Shown here piece after piece: positions 1 to 13,009 of a stretch of DNA of 64,000 nucleotides. The notes below the pieces were generated by a model. It was not told where the DNA came from. It did no database searches and saw only the letters and a list, made by a program, of their open reading frames with translations. Position 1 is the first letter of the stretch. Each line of letters begins with the position of its first letter. The position numbers and the translations under genes were made by a program. The stretch lies in assembly GCF_963921235.1 (NCBI RefSeq), contig NC_086108.1, forward strand, positions 13,950,001 through 14,014,000, in the 5' to 3' direction. This DNA is from Mobula hypostoma. Its lineage: Eukaryota.

Positions 1-54
1 GTGTTTCTGTGCTTTCTAACACTGATTCAGTGAAATAGTCATGGCTTCTCAGTG

Positions 55-1530
55 CAGCACAGCATGGAGGACACATAGGTCCTTCACCCCAGTGACTCCA
101 TGTCAACTATGAGGTTCACCCATTTAGATCCAACTTCCTGCATTCAGCCCATATTCCTCTAAGCCCCACTGCTGCATTTACCGCTCCAAGTGCCTCTTAA
201 ATGATACTATTGCTTCAGCTGCTTTCTCTGGCAGCTCATTCCATATATTCACAACTCGGGCACGAAAATGTTGCCCCTCAGGTTTCTTTTAAATCTTTCC
301 CCTCTCACTTTAAACTTATGCCTCCGAGCTTTGGACTCCTCTAACTACCCTGGGCAAAATATCTGCTGCCACCCATCTTGTCTGTGTCCTTCGTGATTCT
401 CTCGGAGATTACACCTCATTTTCCTGCACTCTAAGGAATAAAGACCTGGACAACCTCTCTGTATAACTCACGCTCTCTAGCCTGGCAACATCCTCATAAA
501 TCTTTTCTGCACCCTTTTCAGTTAACCATGGCCATCCTATAACAGGGTGACCAAAACTGTACTCAATACTTCAAGTGTGGCCTCACCACTGACTTATACA
601 AGTTCAACATATTTTTCTAGCTCCTATACTCAGTTCTGTGAAGGCCAGCATGCTAAATACTTTTTTCATCACCCTGTATATGTGTGATGCCTCTTTCAAA
701 GAACTACAGAATGCTGTTGTACACTGCATTGCACTCCCCAGTGCCCTAGCATTCATTTATAAGTCCTACCCTGGTTTGACTTTCTAAAATGTATCACTTC
801 ACACTACTTGTGTTAAAATCCATTTGCCACACGTTGTACCACTTCCCCTTAATGATCAAGATGTCCCTGTAATCTATGATAATCTTCATCACTATAAGCA
901 ACAGCTCCTAATTTCGTGTCATTCACAAATTTACTGATCAAGTCTTGTGCATTCACATTTCTATAAATAGCGAATAACAAAGGTATCAATAGTGATATCT
1001 GCATTACAGCGCAAGTCATCACCATCCATTCTGACAAACAACCCTCAACCACCATCTACTGCTTCCTATCTCTGAGCCTATTTTGAAATCAGCTAACCAG
1101 CTCTCTCTGTATTTCGTGGGACCAAGAGTTCCAGACCAGATTACCGTGACCAACCTTGCTAAAGTCTAAATAGACAACAGCCTCTGACCTATCCTCATCT
1201 ACCTTTTTGGTTATTTCTTCCAATAATTCTGGAGAGTTTATCAAGTGTAGCTTTCCACGCACAAGGCCATGTTGATTCCTTCTAATCAGACTCTTTCTCA
1301 CCATACGTTAGTACATCCTGTAACCTCAGAATTCCCTTCAGTAACTTTCTCAGCACTGATGGAGGCTGACCAGCCTGTAGTCCTCTAACGTGTCCTTGCT
1401 ACCCCTTTTAAACAAGGAAACAGCATTAGCTTCCCTCCAGTCTTCAGGAGCTAATGATGAAGCAAATATTTTCATAAGGGCTTCCACAGTTTCTCCTCTA
1501 GACTCCCAAAAAGTTCTGAAGATGCACTTG
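55..1530 (-). mobile_element. CR1 LINE fragment (degenerate RT and 3' end)
   Basis: Minus ORFs 849-1055 and 1089-1304 give CR1 RT motifs (QHG, YLDFSK, PLLFAIY..KFVNDTKLG); CR1-type 3' sequence near 60-300. Confidence 0.85.
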
Positions 1531-1545
1531 GGATTTATCCATATG

Positions 1546-2745
1546 AGTCAAAGAGTCATACAAAAGTACAGCGCAGAAACAGGCCCTTTGGCCCATCTAG
1601 TCCATACCGAACCATTAAAACTACCTACTCCAATTGAGCTGCATCCGGACCATAACCCTCCATACCCCTGCCATCCAAGTACCTATTCAAACTTCTCTTA
1701 AGTGTTGAAATTGAACTTGCATGCATGGCTTGTGCTGGGAGCTCATTCCACAACCCCACAACCCTTTGAGTGAAGAAATTCCTCTCATATTCCCCTTAAA
1801 CTTTTCACCTTTCACCCTTAACCCATGGCCTCTAGTTGTAGTCTCACCCAACCTCAGTGGAAAATGCCTGCCTGCAATTACCCTGTCTATACCCCTCACA
1901 ATTTTGTATACCTCTATCAAATCTTCTTTCAATCTTCTGCGTTGTCAAGAATACAGTCCTAACCTATTCAATCGTTCCTTATAACTCAGGTCCTCCAGTG
2001 CCGGCAACATCCTTGAAAATTTTCCCTGCACTCTTTCAACCTTGTTTACATCTTTCCTGAAAGGTAGGTGATCAAAACTGCACACAACACTCCAAATTAG
2101 GCCTCACCAACATCCCATCCCATCTTCTGTACTCAATACATTCATTTATGAAATTCAAAAGCTTTCTTTATGGCTCTATTTACCTGTGACACCACTTTCA
2201 ATGAATTATGAACCTGTAATCACAGATCCCTTTGTTCTATCACACTCCTCAGTGCCTACTGTACACTGTGTGCAACCTATCTTGGTTGGTCCTGCGAAAA
2301 CGCAATACCTCACACTGGCCTGTGTTAAATTCCATCTGCCATTGTTCAACCATTTTCCAACTGGTCCAGATCCCACTGCAAGCTCAGATAGTCTTTCTTG
2401 TCTACTAGACCCCCAGCCTTGGTGTCATCCAAAAATTTGCCGATCCAGTTAACCACATTATCATTCAGATCGTTGATATAGATGGCAAACAATAAGAGAC
2501 CCAGCACTGACCCTTGCAGCACTCCACTAGTCACAGGCCTCCAGTCAGAGAGGCAATTATCTGCTACCATTCTCTGACTTCTCTCACAAAGCTAATGACT
2601 AATCCAATTTACTACCTCATCTTGAATGCCGAGCAATGGAATCTTCTTCACCAACCTCCCACGCAGGACCCTGTCAAAAACCTTACTAAAGTCCACTTAT
2701 ACAGCATCCACTGCCTTGCTTTCATCAACTTGCCTGCTGACTTCC
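1546..2745 (-). mobile_element. CR1 LINE 3' portion nested in an older CR1
   Basis: VTSGVLQGSVLGLLLFAIYINDL..KFLDDTK (2346-2570); DLIEVYKIVRG..TRGH (1687-1932); CR1 tail near 1546-1600. Confidence 0.9.
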
Positions 2746-2779
2746 TTATAATCCCACCCATCCCCTGCAGCTCAAGACA

Positions 2780-3470
2780 GGTAACCCTACTCTTCCTAAT
2801 ATAGCTATAGAATCTCTTGGGATTTTCCCTAAATCCATCTCATATTCTCTCTTTTCCCTCCTTATTTCCCTCTGAAATGTCTTTTTAATCTCTTTGCCAT
2901 GGTCAAGGGATTCAATTGTCCCTGACTTCCTAAACCCAATGTATGCTACCTTCTTCTTCTTGACTAGAGCCTCAATATCTCTTGTTAGCCAAGGTTCTCT
3001 GAACTTGCCAGGTTTATCCTCCCCCAAAACAGGAACATGCTGCTGCTGGATCTTGATATCCCACTTGATATTTGTTTCTTTCCCTTCCGCCAGACCAGTG
3101 CTGCTAGATCCTGCCTGATAACCCCATCACTAGCCCTGCTCCCTAACCTATGGACCTAACCTCTACTTTTTCATCACTACCTTCAAACCAATAGAATTAC
3201 GGTCATGAGAGCCAAAGTGCTCCCTGATTGCCACTTCAGTTACTGGCCTTGTTCCCTAAAGAAGATCCAGTGTTGCACCTCTTAAGTATGACCATATATT
3301 GACTCAGGAAACTTTCCAGGACATATTTCACAAATTCCACTCCAAATAAACCCCTAACAGTCAAAACTGGAAAATTATCATCTCCCAGTAAAAGTGCAAT
3401 CTAATTATTCTTACAATCATGAGCAATTTCTCTACACATCTGCTCCTCAAGTTTCCATTGACTGTTGGAG
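2780..3470 (-). mobile_element. CR1 ORF2 endonuclease/linker fragment
   Basis: EPWLTRDIEALVKKKK..AY (2746-3027) is typical CR1 linker sequence. Confidence 0.75.
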
Positions 3471-3569
3471 TTCAGGATCAGCATGCTCCTGTGAGGATCG
3501 AGGATGAGGCCAGGTTTGAGAACCTTGGATGGCAAGAGATAGTGTAAGTTTAGTTTGTTGGAAGCAAAT

Positions 3570-3925
3570 CAGAATTAGATTTAATATTACTGGCATATGT
3601 TGTGAAATTTGTTAACTTTATGGCAGCAGTACAATGAAATACATGATAAGGAAATATCGGGAAAAAACTGAGTTACATTAAGTGTATTTATATAAACTAT
3701 ATAGTTAAGACATATATATAGTTAAGATAAAATAAGTAGTGCAAAATAACAGAAATAAAAAATTATTGAGGTGGTGTTCATGGGTTTAATGTCCATTTAG
3801 AAAACGGATGGCAGAGGTTCCTGGTTCACTGAGTGTGTGCCTTCAGGCTCCTGTATCTCCTTCCTGACGGTAACGGTGTGAAGAAGGCATGGTGGGGATC
3901 CTTAATGATGGGCACTGCCTTCCTT
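3570..3925 (-). mobile_element. Rex1/Babar-like LINE 3' end
   Basis: 3' UTR similar to the copy at 47090-47830; ORF end resembles other Rex1 copies in the window. Confidence 0.55.
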
Positions 3926-4034
3926 CAAATGTAAGATTTAATAACTTGAAATCTGACAAGGCCATTGAGAAATATAAAGGAAGCAGGAAAGAATCTAAAC
4001 AAGAAATTAGGAAGACCAAAATGTCTTTGGCATG

Positions 4035-4435
4035 TAAGATAAGAAATAACAACGGTCCCATCACTAATCCCTGTGGTACAGCAATAGTCACCGGCTTCCA
4101 TTCTGAGAAACAACCTTCAACCACTTCCCACTGTGGGCCAATTTTGAATCCACCTAACTGGCTCTGCTTGGATTCCATGGGACTTAACCTGCCAGACCTA
4201 ATGTTCCAGACCAGTCTACCATGCGTGACCTTGTTGAAGGACTTGCTAATAATTTCGTCTACCTTTTTGGTTACTTCTTCAAAAAATTCTAGATGGTTCA
4301 TCAAGCACAACTTTCCACACACAAAGTCCTGCAGACTCTGTCTATCCGAATTCTGATAGCTCATGTCCCTCAGAACTACCCCACCACGGAGATCAGACTG
4401 TTATGCATGTCTTTGCTACCCTTTTTAAACGAGGG
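4035..4435 (-). mobile_element. CR1 RT fragment
   Basis: CLMNHLEFFEEVTKKVDE..VPQGLVMGPLLF in ORF 3843-4364. Confidence 0.8.
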
Positions 4436-4644
4436 ATCGGCTAATTGCGGTCTGCTAGCGAGGAAGACCTGGATCCATTTGAAAAGGGAGGTGTTGAGTC
4501 CCGGGCCTGAGACTAATTGAAAACATAACTTTCAGTGGAAGCAGATGGAGAGTGGTTGAAGGAAACTCAAAGAAAGGTCTTGATTGTGTTGACACAGTGT
4601 GGTGAATAGGGCTGGTGGGTAGACATCACAAACATACCAAAGGG

Positions 4645-5165
4645 ATGTGCCACTTTATTACCTATGTGTATGTTTGTGATTTTCTGCTGCTATAGCCCAT
4701 CTACTTCGAAGTATGGCATGTTGTATGTTTAAAGATGTTCTTCTGCACATCACTGTTGTAACACATGATTATTTGAGTTATTGTCGCCTTCCTGCAAGCT
4801 TGAACTCGTCTGGCCATTCTCCTCTGACTCCTCTCATTAACAAGACGTTTTCACCCACAGAACTACCGCTCATGGTGTTTTTTGTTTCATGCACCATTCT
4901 CTGTAAACTCTAGAGACGATTTTGCATGAACATCCCAGGAGACCTGCAGTTTCTGAAGTACCCATACAACCCTGTCTAGCACCACCAGTCATTCCATGGT
5001 CAAAGTCACTTAGAACACATTTCTTCCCCATTCAGATATTTAGTCTGAACAACAACTGAACCCCTTGACCACATCTGCATGCTTTTATGCCATATGTTTG
5101 GCTGATTAGATATTTGCATTAACGAGCAGGTATACTCATGTACCTAATAAAGTGGCCACTGAGTG
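4645..5165. mobile_element. Non-autonomous Tc1/mariner-type DNA transposon remnant
   Basis: Right end TACCTAATAAAGTGGCCACTGAGTG; partial inverted copy GCCACTTTATTA at ~4649; interior resembles Tc1 elements of fish and amphibians (from recall). Confidence 0.65.
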
Positions 5166-5209
5166 GATAATATAGTTGCAAAAACTGGAATTTTGCTCAG
5201 AAATAAGCC

Positions 5210-5505
5210 CTTCCACAGAAGTTGAGTGGGACTACAACCAGAGGTCATGGGTTCAGGCTGAAAGGTGAAAAGTTTAAGGGGAACATGAAGGGAAATTTCT
5301 TCACTCAGAGGGTCGTGAGAATGTGGATCAGTGATGCATGCAAACTCAACTTCAACATTTAAGAGAAGTTTGGACAGGTGCATGGATAGGTATGGAGGGC
5401 TATGGTTTCAGTGCAGGTTGATGGGAGGAGGCAGTTTAAATGGTTCAGCACAGACTAGATGGGCCAAAGGGGCTGTTTCTGTGCTGTAATGAGTCTATGA
5501 CTCAA
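5210..5505 (+). mobile_element. CR1 3' end fragment
   Basis: Similar to the reverse complement of 1546-1850. Confidence 0.8.
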
Positions 5506-5669
5506 AATAGGTAGAACAGGGCACTTAATATTCTTGGTATGAAGTGCTTAGAAAAGATAAGGAAGGAAACAAGAAAGTAAGTACTAATTAAGAAAAGTAC
5601 TACAATGTTAGACAGAGGATGTCCTGGAGAAGTCAATTGCAGAACCCATTTGGTTTCAAGTTATTTATT

Positions 5670-5955
5670 GATTTAGAGATACAGTATGGAACGGGCCCTT
5701 CCGGCCCAACAAGCTGCACCACCCACAGCCCATTTATTTAATCCTAGCCTAATCACAGGAAAATTTACAATGACCAATTAACCTACTAACCAATACATGT
5801 TGGGACTGTGGGAGGATACTGGAACACCCAGAGGAAACACACGTGGTCAGAGGGAGAACGTACAGACTCCTTTCAAATGGCACTGGAATTGAACTCTGAA
5901 CTCTGGAATGCCCTGAACTGTGATAGCGTCACACTAACCGCCTCGCTACTGTGGG
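5670..5955 (-). mobile_element. tRNA-derived V-SINE (HE1-like) with CR1-type tail
   Basis: Minus strand: B-box-like GAGTTCAATTC, V-domain-like TGTACGTTCTCCCTCTGACCACGTGTGTTTCCTCTGGGTGTTCC, CR1-like tail TTGGGCCGGAAGGGCCCGTT. Confidence 0.7.
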
Positions 5956-6047
5956 GTGTAAACCAGAAATGAGTTATCACAGCTCTGGGATCTTCTGGAG
6001 ATCACCAAATACTGAGTTGGAGATGGTGTAATAATAGCTTAGTATTA

Positions 6048-6700
6048 TAGTCATAGAGCTGTACAGCACAGAAACAGCCCTTCGACCATCCAATCCGTGC
6101 CAAACTATTATTCTGCCTGGGACACGCATCTGGGACATAGCCGTCCATACCCTCCCACTCATTCAAACTTCTCTCAAACGTTGAAATTGAAACTGCATCC
6201 ACCACTTCCACTGGCAGCTCATTCCACACACTCATCACCTTCTCAGTGAAGAGGTTTCCCCTCATGTTCCCCTTAAATATTTCACATTTCACCCTTAACC
6301 CAAGACTTCTAGTTCAAGTGTCACCCTTTTTTGTGTGCCATACTTTGCCAGAGCCTCAGCGACCACATTTCAAGTGGTTGTCTTGGAGGAAAGATTCTGT
6401 GAGTGGCCCCCCACGTCCTTCTCACAGCGCAGTTTTTTTTTACGAGGCCGGGTTGTGAGCTCGACATTCAACCTGGCACGGATGGAAAGCGTGCCCAGGA
6501 GCAGCCCAACTAGGTTTGAACTCGGGAACCTTTGCTCCGGAGTCCGGCGCTGATGTCACTGCGCCACCAGCTGGCTAAGTGTCACCCTACCTCAGTGAAA
6601 AAAAAGCCTGTTTGCATTTACCCTATCTATACTCCTCATAAGTTTGTATATTTCCATCAATTCTCCCCTCATTCTCCCACACTTCAGGGACTAAAGTCAT
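6048..6700 (-). mobile_element. CR1 3' fragment interrupted by a SINE
   Basis: FKGNMRGNLFTEKVMSVWNELP (6002-6292); continues after 6588. Confidence 0.8.
6328..6576 (-). mobile_element. tRNA-derived SINE with 12-bp TSD
   Basis: TSD AAGTGTCACCCT at 6316-6327 and 6577-6588; A-box-like TGGCGCAGTG, B-box GAGTTCAAACC; short A tail. Confidence 0.9.
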
Positions 6701-6732
6701 AACCTTTGGTTTAATTGAGATAATTTCCCCAC

Positions 6733-6913
6733 CTGAGAGCTCAAGGAGGAGAAGACTCCCTGAAGTATGTCCAGGAGAACTTCCTTGATAAGAATGTTTT
6801 GGCTCATTATAGAAGGAGGTGTCGTTGTATCTGGGACAGGGATGGCCAATAAATGGGAGAACATTTGGAGAGCAGTGATCATCTTGACCGGTGAGAGAAA
6901 GGTATTGGGTAAT
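6733..6913 (-). CDS. Candidate internal coding exon of an unidentified host gene (LPNTFLSPVKMITALQMFSHLLAIP...EVLLDILQGVFSSLSSQ)
   Basis: Unique sequence between repeats; acceptor ttctatttcAG, donor CAG|gtgggg; 181 nt open phase 2 to phase 0 (a second frame is also open). Confidence 0.4.
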
Positions 6914-7094
6914 CTGAAATAGAACGTCAATAAACTAGAGGAAGGACAACTTCCGTGTCACAACAGACTAAGGTAGAAAACATAGAAACATAGAAATAGG
7001 AACTTAGTGGGTCAAGTAGCATCTGTGGAGGAAAGGAATTGTCAACATTTAGGGTCAAAATCCAACATCAATTTCATCAGACATCAGACTTCAT

Positions 7095-8480
7095 TCTTAT
7101 TCAGGTCATTGATACAGATGACAACGACAAAGGACCCAGCACTTATCTCTGTAGCACACCACTAGCCACAGGCCTCCTCTAGTCACTAGAGAGAAAGGCA
7201 AACCTCTACTACCATTCTCTGGCTTCTGCCACAAAGCCAATGTCTAATCCTGTTTACTACCTCATCTTGAATGCTGAGTGACTGAACCTTCTTGACCAAC
7301 CTCCCATGCGGGGCCTGATAAAATGGCTTACTACAGTCCATGTAAACATCATCCACTATTTTGCCTTCATCCACTTTGCTGGTAACTTCCTCAAAAAACT
7401 CTATAACATTAGTTAGACATGACCTACCATGAATGAAGCCATGCTGACCATTCTTAATCAGTCCATGTCTATCCAAATACTTATAAATCCGATCCCTTAG
7501 AATACCTTCCAATAACTTTCCCACAACTGATGTCAGACTCACTGGCCTGTAAATTCCTAGTTTATGCTTAGAGACTTTTTAAACAGTAGAGCAAGTTTGG
7601 CTCTCTTCCAATTCGCTGGAACCTCTCCTGTTGTTAAGTATTATTTAAATATCTCTGTTGGGGCCCCTGCAATGTCTGCTCTTGCCTCCCATACCTTGTC
7701 AGGCCCTGATTTGCCTCAGGATGGCAAACACCTCTTCTTCTGTAATGTGTATAGGGTCCATGAAGCTGATGCCACTTTGCTTCACTTCAATAGACTCTGT
7801 GTCCACCTCCTGAATAAATACAGATGCAAAAAAAATCTAAGATCTCCCCCACCTGTTTTGGCTCCACACAGTGATTTCCGTTCTGGTCTTCCAGAGGACA
7901 AATTCTGTCTCGTACAATCCTTTTGCTCTTAACATATCTGTAGAATCCCTTAGGATTCTTCCTTCCCCTTGTCTTCTATAGCAACCTCATCTCTTCTTTT
8001 CACCTTCTTGATTTCTGTCTTAAGCACTTCTTGTAGCAGCTCATTTGTTCCTACCTGCCTATACCTGCTTTGCACCTCCTTTTTTCTCTTAACCAGGGCC
8101 TTAGAAACCAAGGTTCTCTACACTTGTTGTCTTTACCCTTCATTCTGACAGGCACATACAATCATTGTGCCCTCAAAATTTCACTCTTGAAGGCCCCCAC
8201 TTACCAAGTACACCTTTGCCAGGAAACAGCCTCTCCCAATCCACACTTGCCAGATCATTTCTGATACCATCTTAACCCGTAGACCAGGCTTACCTTTTCC
8301 CATATTTACTTTGAATCTAATGGCATTGTGGTCACTGAATGCAAAGTGTTCCCCTACACAAACTTCTGTCACCTGCCCTGTCTCATTCCCCAGTATTGCA
8401 TGTCCTCTCATTGGGACTTCGACGTACTGGTGAATAAAACTTTCCTGAACACAGTTGACAACCTCTACCCCATCTAGATG
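7095..8480 (-). mobile_element. CR1 ORF2 fragment (EN C-terminus to RT)
   Basis: SLTSVVGKLLEGILRD..QHGF..GRSCLTN (7186-7542); SDHNAIRF (8181-8501). Confidence 0.9.
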
Positions 8481-8952
8481 CACAGGAACACTACTGAACA
8501 CTTGATGTAAAGGAGGTGAGAAAGGAAATCATCAGGGTCAAGATAAACAACCCTTGGAACCACGTGAGGGATTGGGGGCAAGACCTGTGTGTGAAGTGGA
8601 TGGAAGGATTCAGGAGATGGAAAGGGATAAAGAAAGGTAAAGGAGGGCTGGGGAGAGCGTGGAAAAAGGGACTAACATGGGAAGACTAAAGGACCAGAGG
8701 ATCAGGAGGGTGGAGGGGGAGGAAGTAGGACAATAAATGGGGATACCTAAAATATCTAAAAGTATCCATGCCATTGAGTTGTAGATAACTCAGACAGAAT
8801 TTAAACAAAACTAACCGAGACTAAAGCAGAATAGTGACAAGTAGAAATATAATAAGAAAATGAATGACTTTCAAAGCGGAGATTTTTTATATGCAGGCGA
8901 TGTACATGCCCACACAGATTAAAGGTAAATAAAGCAAGCCTGAGCTCCTTAG

Positions 8953-9020
8953 CTCAGAATAAGGCAGAAATGATGTAGGTCGGTGAACAGCTTGAGTGAA
9001 AATCTGGCTAAAGCGAAAAG
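8953..9020 (-). CDS. Candidate exon: strong acceptor, uncertain donor
   Basis: Long pyrimidine tract ttcttctctttttcattttccctacAG; phase-0 frame LFALARFSLKLFTDLHHFCLIL; no canonical donor at the matching position (AG|ctaagg). Confidence 0.25.
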
Positions 9021-9049
9021 CTGTAGGGAAAATGAAAAAGAGAAGAATG

Positions 9050-9610
9050 ACCACCACCATCCTCCAGGCCATGCTTTCTTCTTGTTGCTGCCATCAGGAA
9101 GGCAGTACAGGAGCCTTCGGTCCCACACCACCAAGTTCAGGAACAGAAAATACCCTTCAATAGACAATAGACAATGAACAATAGGTGCAGGAGTAGGCCA
9201 TTCAGCCCTTCGTACCAGCACCACCATTCACTGTGATCATGGCTGACCATCCACAATCAGTACCCTTTTCCTGCCTTCTCCCCATATCCCTTCACTTCAA
9301 CCATCGGGCTCCTGAACCAGTGCAGATAACTTCACTCACCTTAACATTGAACAGATTCCACAACCTATGAACTCACTTTCAAGGACTCTACAACTCAGTA
9401 TTACGTATTTATTTGTTTATTTGTACTTTTAGATAATTAATATTATTATTTTTTCATTTTTACAGTATATCTTCTTTTGCACATTGGTTGCTTGTTAGTC
9501 TTCACTTATGTGTAATTTTTCATCGATTTTATTGCAATTCTTTGTTCTACTGTGCATGACTAGAAGAAAATGAATCTCAGGATAGTATATAGTGATATAT
9601 ATGTACTGTA
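9050..9610 (+). mobile_element. Rex1/Babar 3' end with a short antisense CR1 tail inserted (~9160-9297)
   Basis: HHPPGHAFFLLLPSGRQYRSLRSHTTKFRN is the Rex1/Babar C-terminal motif. Confidence 0.75.
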
Positions 9611-10354
9611 AACCAGTCATTAGAAAGTTAGTTTCTTATTGTCACGTACCAAGGGTACATTGGGAAAACATTGTTTTGCTACCATCCACACAGATCTTTA
9701 AGTATATTGAGGTAGTACAAGAGAAAAGCAATAGCAGAATTCAGAATAAAGTGTTACAGTTACAGAGAAAGTGCTGTAAAAGACAAGACCTTAACGAGGT
9801 AGATTGTGAGGTTAGGAGTCCATTTTATTGCACCGGGGACGTTCAATAGTCTTATAACAGCGGGTAGAAGCTACCTGTTGGTAGGCAGTCGGAGAACATT
9901 TGTAAGAACATACAGCATGTCAAAGTACAATACAGGAGCATGCCCTTTAGCCCACAATGTTGTGCAAACTAATTAAACTAGTAATTAAATGCCCTACTAA
10001 ACTAATCCTTGTTTAGGTACAATTATGAATAAAGAAGATATTTCTAAACTAGCTGGAATACTGGATGTACATATGTACAGATCTTTACCAAGCAACAGGA
10101 GAGTGTCAAAATTAAAAGGAGTAAAGCAAAACTCAAAAATAGGCTGTACTTGAAGTGAACATGTCATATCTGGTCAACGTTGGATGCCTCCCAGGTTGAA
10201 TGAGGGAGACAGATTGGGGGCTATAGGGGATGATCAGAATTTTCCAATCCTCGCGAGATATAGGACAGGTGCTGGAAAACTAGAGCATTTTAACTGCATT
10301 CTGTTCAAAAATGTGAATGGGCCAAAGAACTAAAACAGTTGCCCTGGGGAAACA

Positions 10355-10900
10355 AGACAGTGAAGATCAGCAGACTCTGGTCACTGGGGAATGGCAGACA
10401 GTAAAGGACCCCAGTCTATGGTCAGTGGAGGAAGACAGTATCAGTCCTCAGTGTATTATCAATTGGAAGTCATAGACAGTAAAGATCCACAAAGTGTGAT
10501 CAAAGAGGGATGATTGGCAGTTAGGGCCTCATGCCTGTGGTCAATTAGGGATCACAGACTGTAAAATTCTTTGAGGTGCACTCCAGGTGGGATGTCAGCA
10601 GTGAAGGTCTTGGGGATCTGGTGAAATGGGGATAACAGTCAATTGAGGTCATACGAGTGTGGTCATTGAAGGATTATGACAGAGGAGGTCTTGGTCCATG
10701 GGAGATGGTAGACTGAATGTTTTTATGATGTGGTCAGTGGAGGATGATTTACAATGCAGATCTCCTACATGTGGTCATTCTGGGAAAGCACACAGGGATC
10801 ATCCCAGGTATGTGGTCAATGAGGAATTAATGACAGTGAAGGTCCTTTGAGTGTTGAGGTTCATGGGTTTGGCAGGCAGTTAAGATCCTGCAGGTGTGGT
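10355..10900 (+). repeat. Degenerate ~40-bp tandem array, left block
   Basis: Recurring unit of about GACAGTGAAGGTCCT..GTGTGGTCAATGAGGGATG at 37-41 nt spacing. Confidence 0.75.
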
Positions 10901-11805
10901 TCCGGAGGACAGAAAAATAGCAAATGTCACTCCACTCTTTAAGAATGGAGGGGGGCAGAGGAAAGGAAATTATAGGCCAACTAGTCTGACCTCAGTGGTT
11001 GGGATGATGTTGGAGTCAATTGTTAAGGATGTGGTTTTGAGGTACTTGGTGGAATTCTTTGAGGAAATAACAGGCAGGACAGACACAGGAGAGTCGGTGG
11101 ATGTTGCTTACTTGCATTTTCAGAAGGCTTTTGACAGGTACCTTGACAGGCTGCTTAACAAGATAAGAAACCATGGTATTACAGGAAATATACTAGCATG
11201 CAGAGAAGATTGACTGGCTGGCAAGAGGCAAAGAGATAAAGTCTTTTCTGGCTAGTTGCGGGTGAATAGTGGTGTTCCGCAGGGGTTGATATTGGGTCTG
11301 TTTATTTTCACGTTATATGTCAATAATTTGGATGAAGGAATTATTGGCTTTGTGTCCAAGTTTGCAGATGATACAAAGATAGGTGGAGGGGCAGGGAATG
11401 TTGAGGAAGCAGAGAGTCTGCAGAAGGACTTAAACAGATTGGGAGATTGGGAGAATTGATGTGAAGAGGATGGACTTCCCTGTAGTGGGTGAGTCTAGGG
11501 CCAGAGGATGCAGCCTCAGAAGGGAAGGACATCCATTTACTACAGAGATGAGGAGGAATTTCTTTAGCCAGAGAGTGGTGAATCTGTGGAATTCATTGCC
11601 ACAGACCACTATGGAAGCACGGTCTTAGAGTATATTTAAAGTGGAGGTTGATAGGTCCTTGATTAATCACGGCCTCAAATGTTATGGGGAGAAGGCAGGA
11701 GAATTGGGTTGACATGGATAATACAGTAAATCAGCCATGATGGAATGGCAGAGCAGACTCAATGGGCTGAATGGCCTAATTCTGCTCCTATGTACTATGG
11801 TCTTT
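10895..11805 (+). mobile_element. Internally deleted CR1 inserted in the tandem array
   Basis: [35 protein letters not shown]; tail TATGGTCTT at ~11800. Confidence 0.9.
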
Positions 11806-11819
11806 TGATTTTATGGTTG

Positions 11820-12415
11820 ACCCACAATGAAGGTCATTCTGGGAAAGTAGACAGTGACCGTCCGGGGCGATGGTCAATGAGGGATCAATGACAGACAGTG
11901 AAGGTTGCCAGCCTGTGGTCCTTGTGGGAAAGCAGGCAGTGATCATCCCGGGATGTGGTTAGTGAGGTCTGTGTGTGGTCAATGAGGGAAGGCAGGCAGG
12001 GAAGGTCCCTGCTGTTTGGGCAGTTGGACTAGGACGGATGGCAAATAGACTGCATCTGGGTCATGGGAGATCGAAGAGTGTAAAGGGCACAGCGGTGTGG
12101 TTAATGGAGAAAACCGGGAGAATACAGGGGGCAGATGAATGACGATGGCCCCACGGTGTGATCAATGGGGTTCACACAGGGTGTGGTCAGTGGGGGATGA
12201 CTGATAGTTATGGTTGTTGACATGTGCTCAATGGGATATGTCAGACTGTGGATGTCACTGGGGTTGTGGTCTATGGGGGTGACAGATGGCGAGGGAGACT
12301 GGGGTCTGGTGAATGCCAGATAATTGACAATCACTGCTCTTGGGGGATGACAAAAAGTGAAGATTCTGGGTCTGTGTTGAATAACAGAAAGTGGAGGTCT
12401 ACAGGGACCCTGTCT
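11820..12415 (+). repeat. Degenerate ~40-bp tandem array, right block
   Basis: Same GACAGTGAAGG..TGTGGTCAATGAGGGA unit resumes after the CR1. Confidence 0.7.
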
Positions 12416-13009
12416 TATGTTCTGATGTGCATTAGTGATTTTGCCAGGACAAGCAGGGTTTTCGTCCCAAACCTGCAAAAACATCAGGATTTGGAAAGTT
12501 AAGCTACGTGCAGTGTAGTGATAGACTGCAAGAAGAGACAAGGAGACAGGCAGAGTGGGCAGATAAGTGGGAGCTGAAATATAATTCAGAGAGTTGTGAA
12601 CTGATTCACTTTGGCAGAAACAAGATGAGACAATAGAGGTGGAATAACACAATATGAAAGAGCACGCTGGAGCACACTAACCTGACTGCATGTGAATGTG
12701 GGTGGGGAGGTTGCGAATGCTTTACAAGATTGCATGATCCGGGGATTTATAAGGAAAAGAGAACGAAAACAGGAAGCTCCTGTGGGTTAGATTGTATTGC
12801 CATTGGTTTATTATTGTCACGGGTACCAGGATACATTGAAAAGCTTGTCACAGAAACAGGCCCTTCAGCCCATCCACTTCATGCCAAAACCATTTCAACC
12901 TCCTACTCCCAAACACCAGCAAGGACTTGTCGTCCTGCATACTGTTCAAGCAGTTCAAATCATTACACGGCGCGTTGAGCTAGAATCAGGGAAAACAGTA
13001 ACAATGCAT

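Noticed and set aside
10355..12415. CRISPR-like array or repetitive coding exon (ORF 12101-12652)
   Set aside because: Eukaryotic context, no invariant repeat with unique spacers, and unit lengths do not preserve frame
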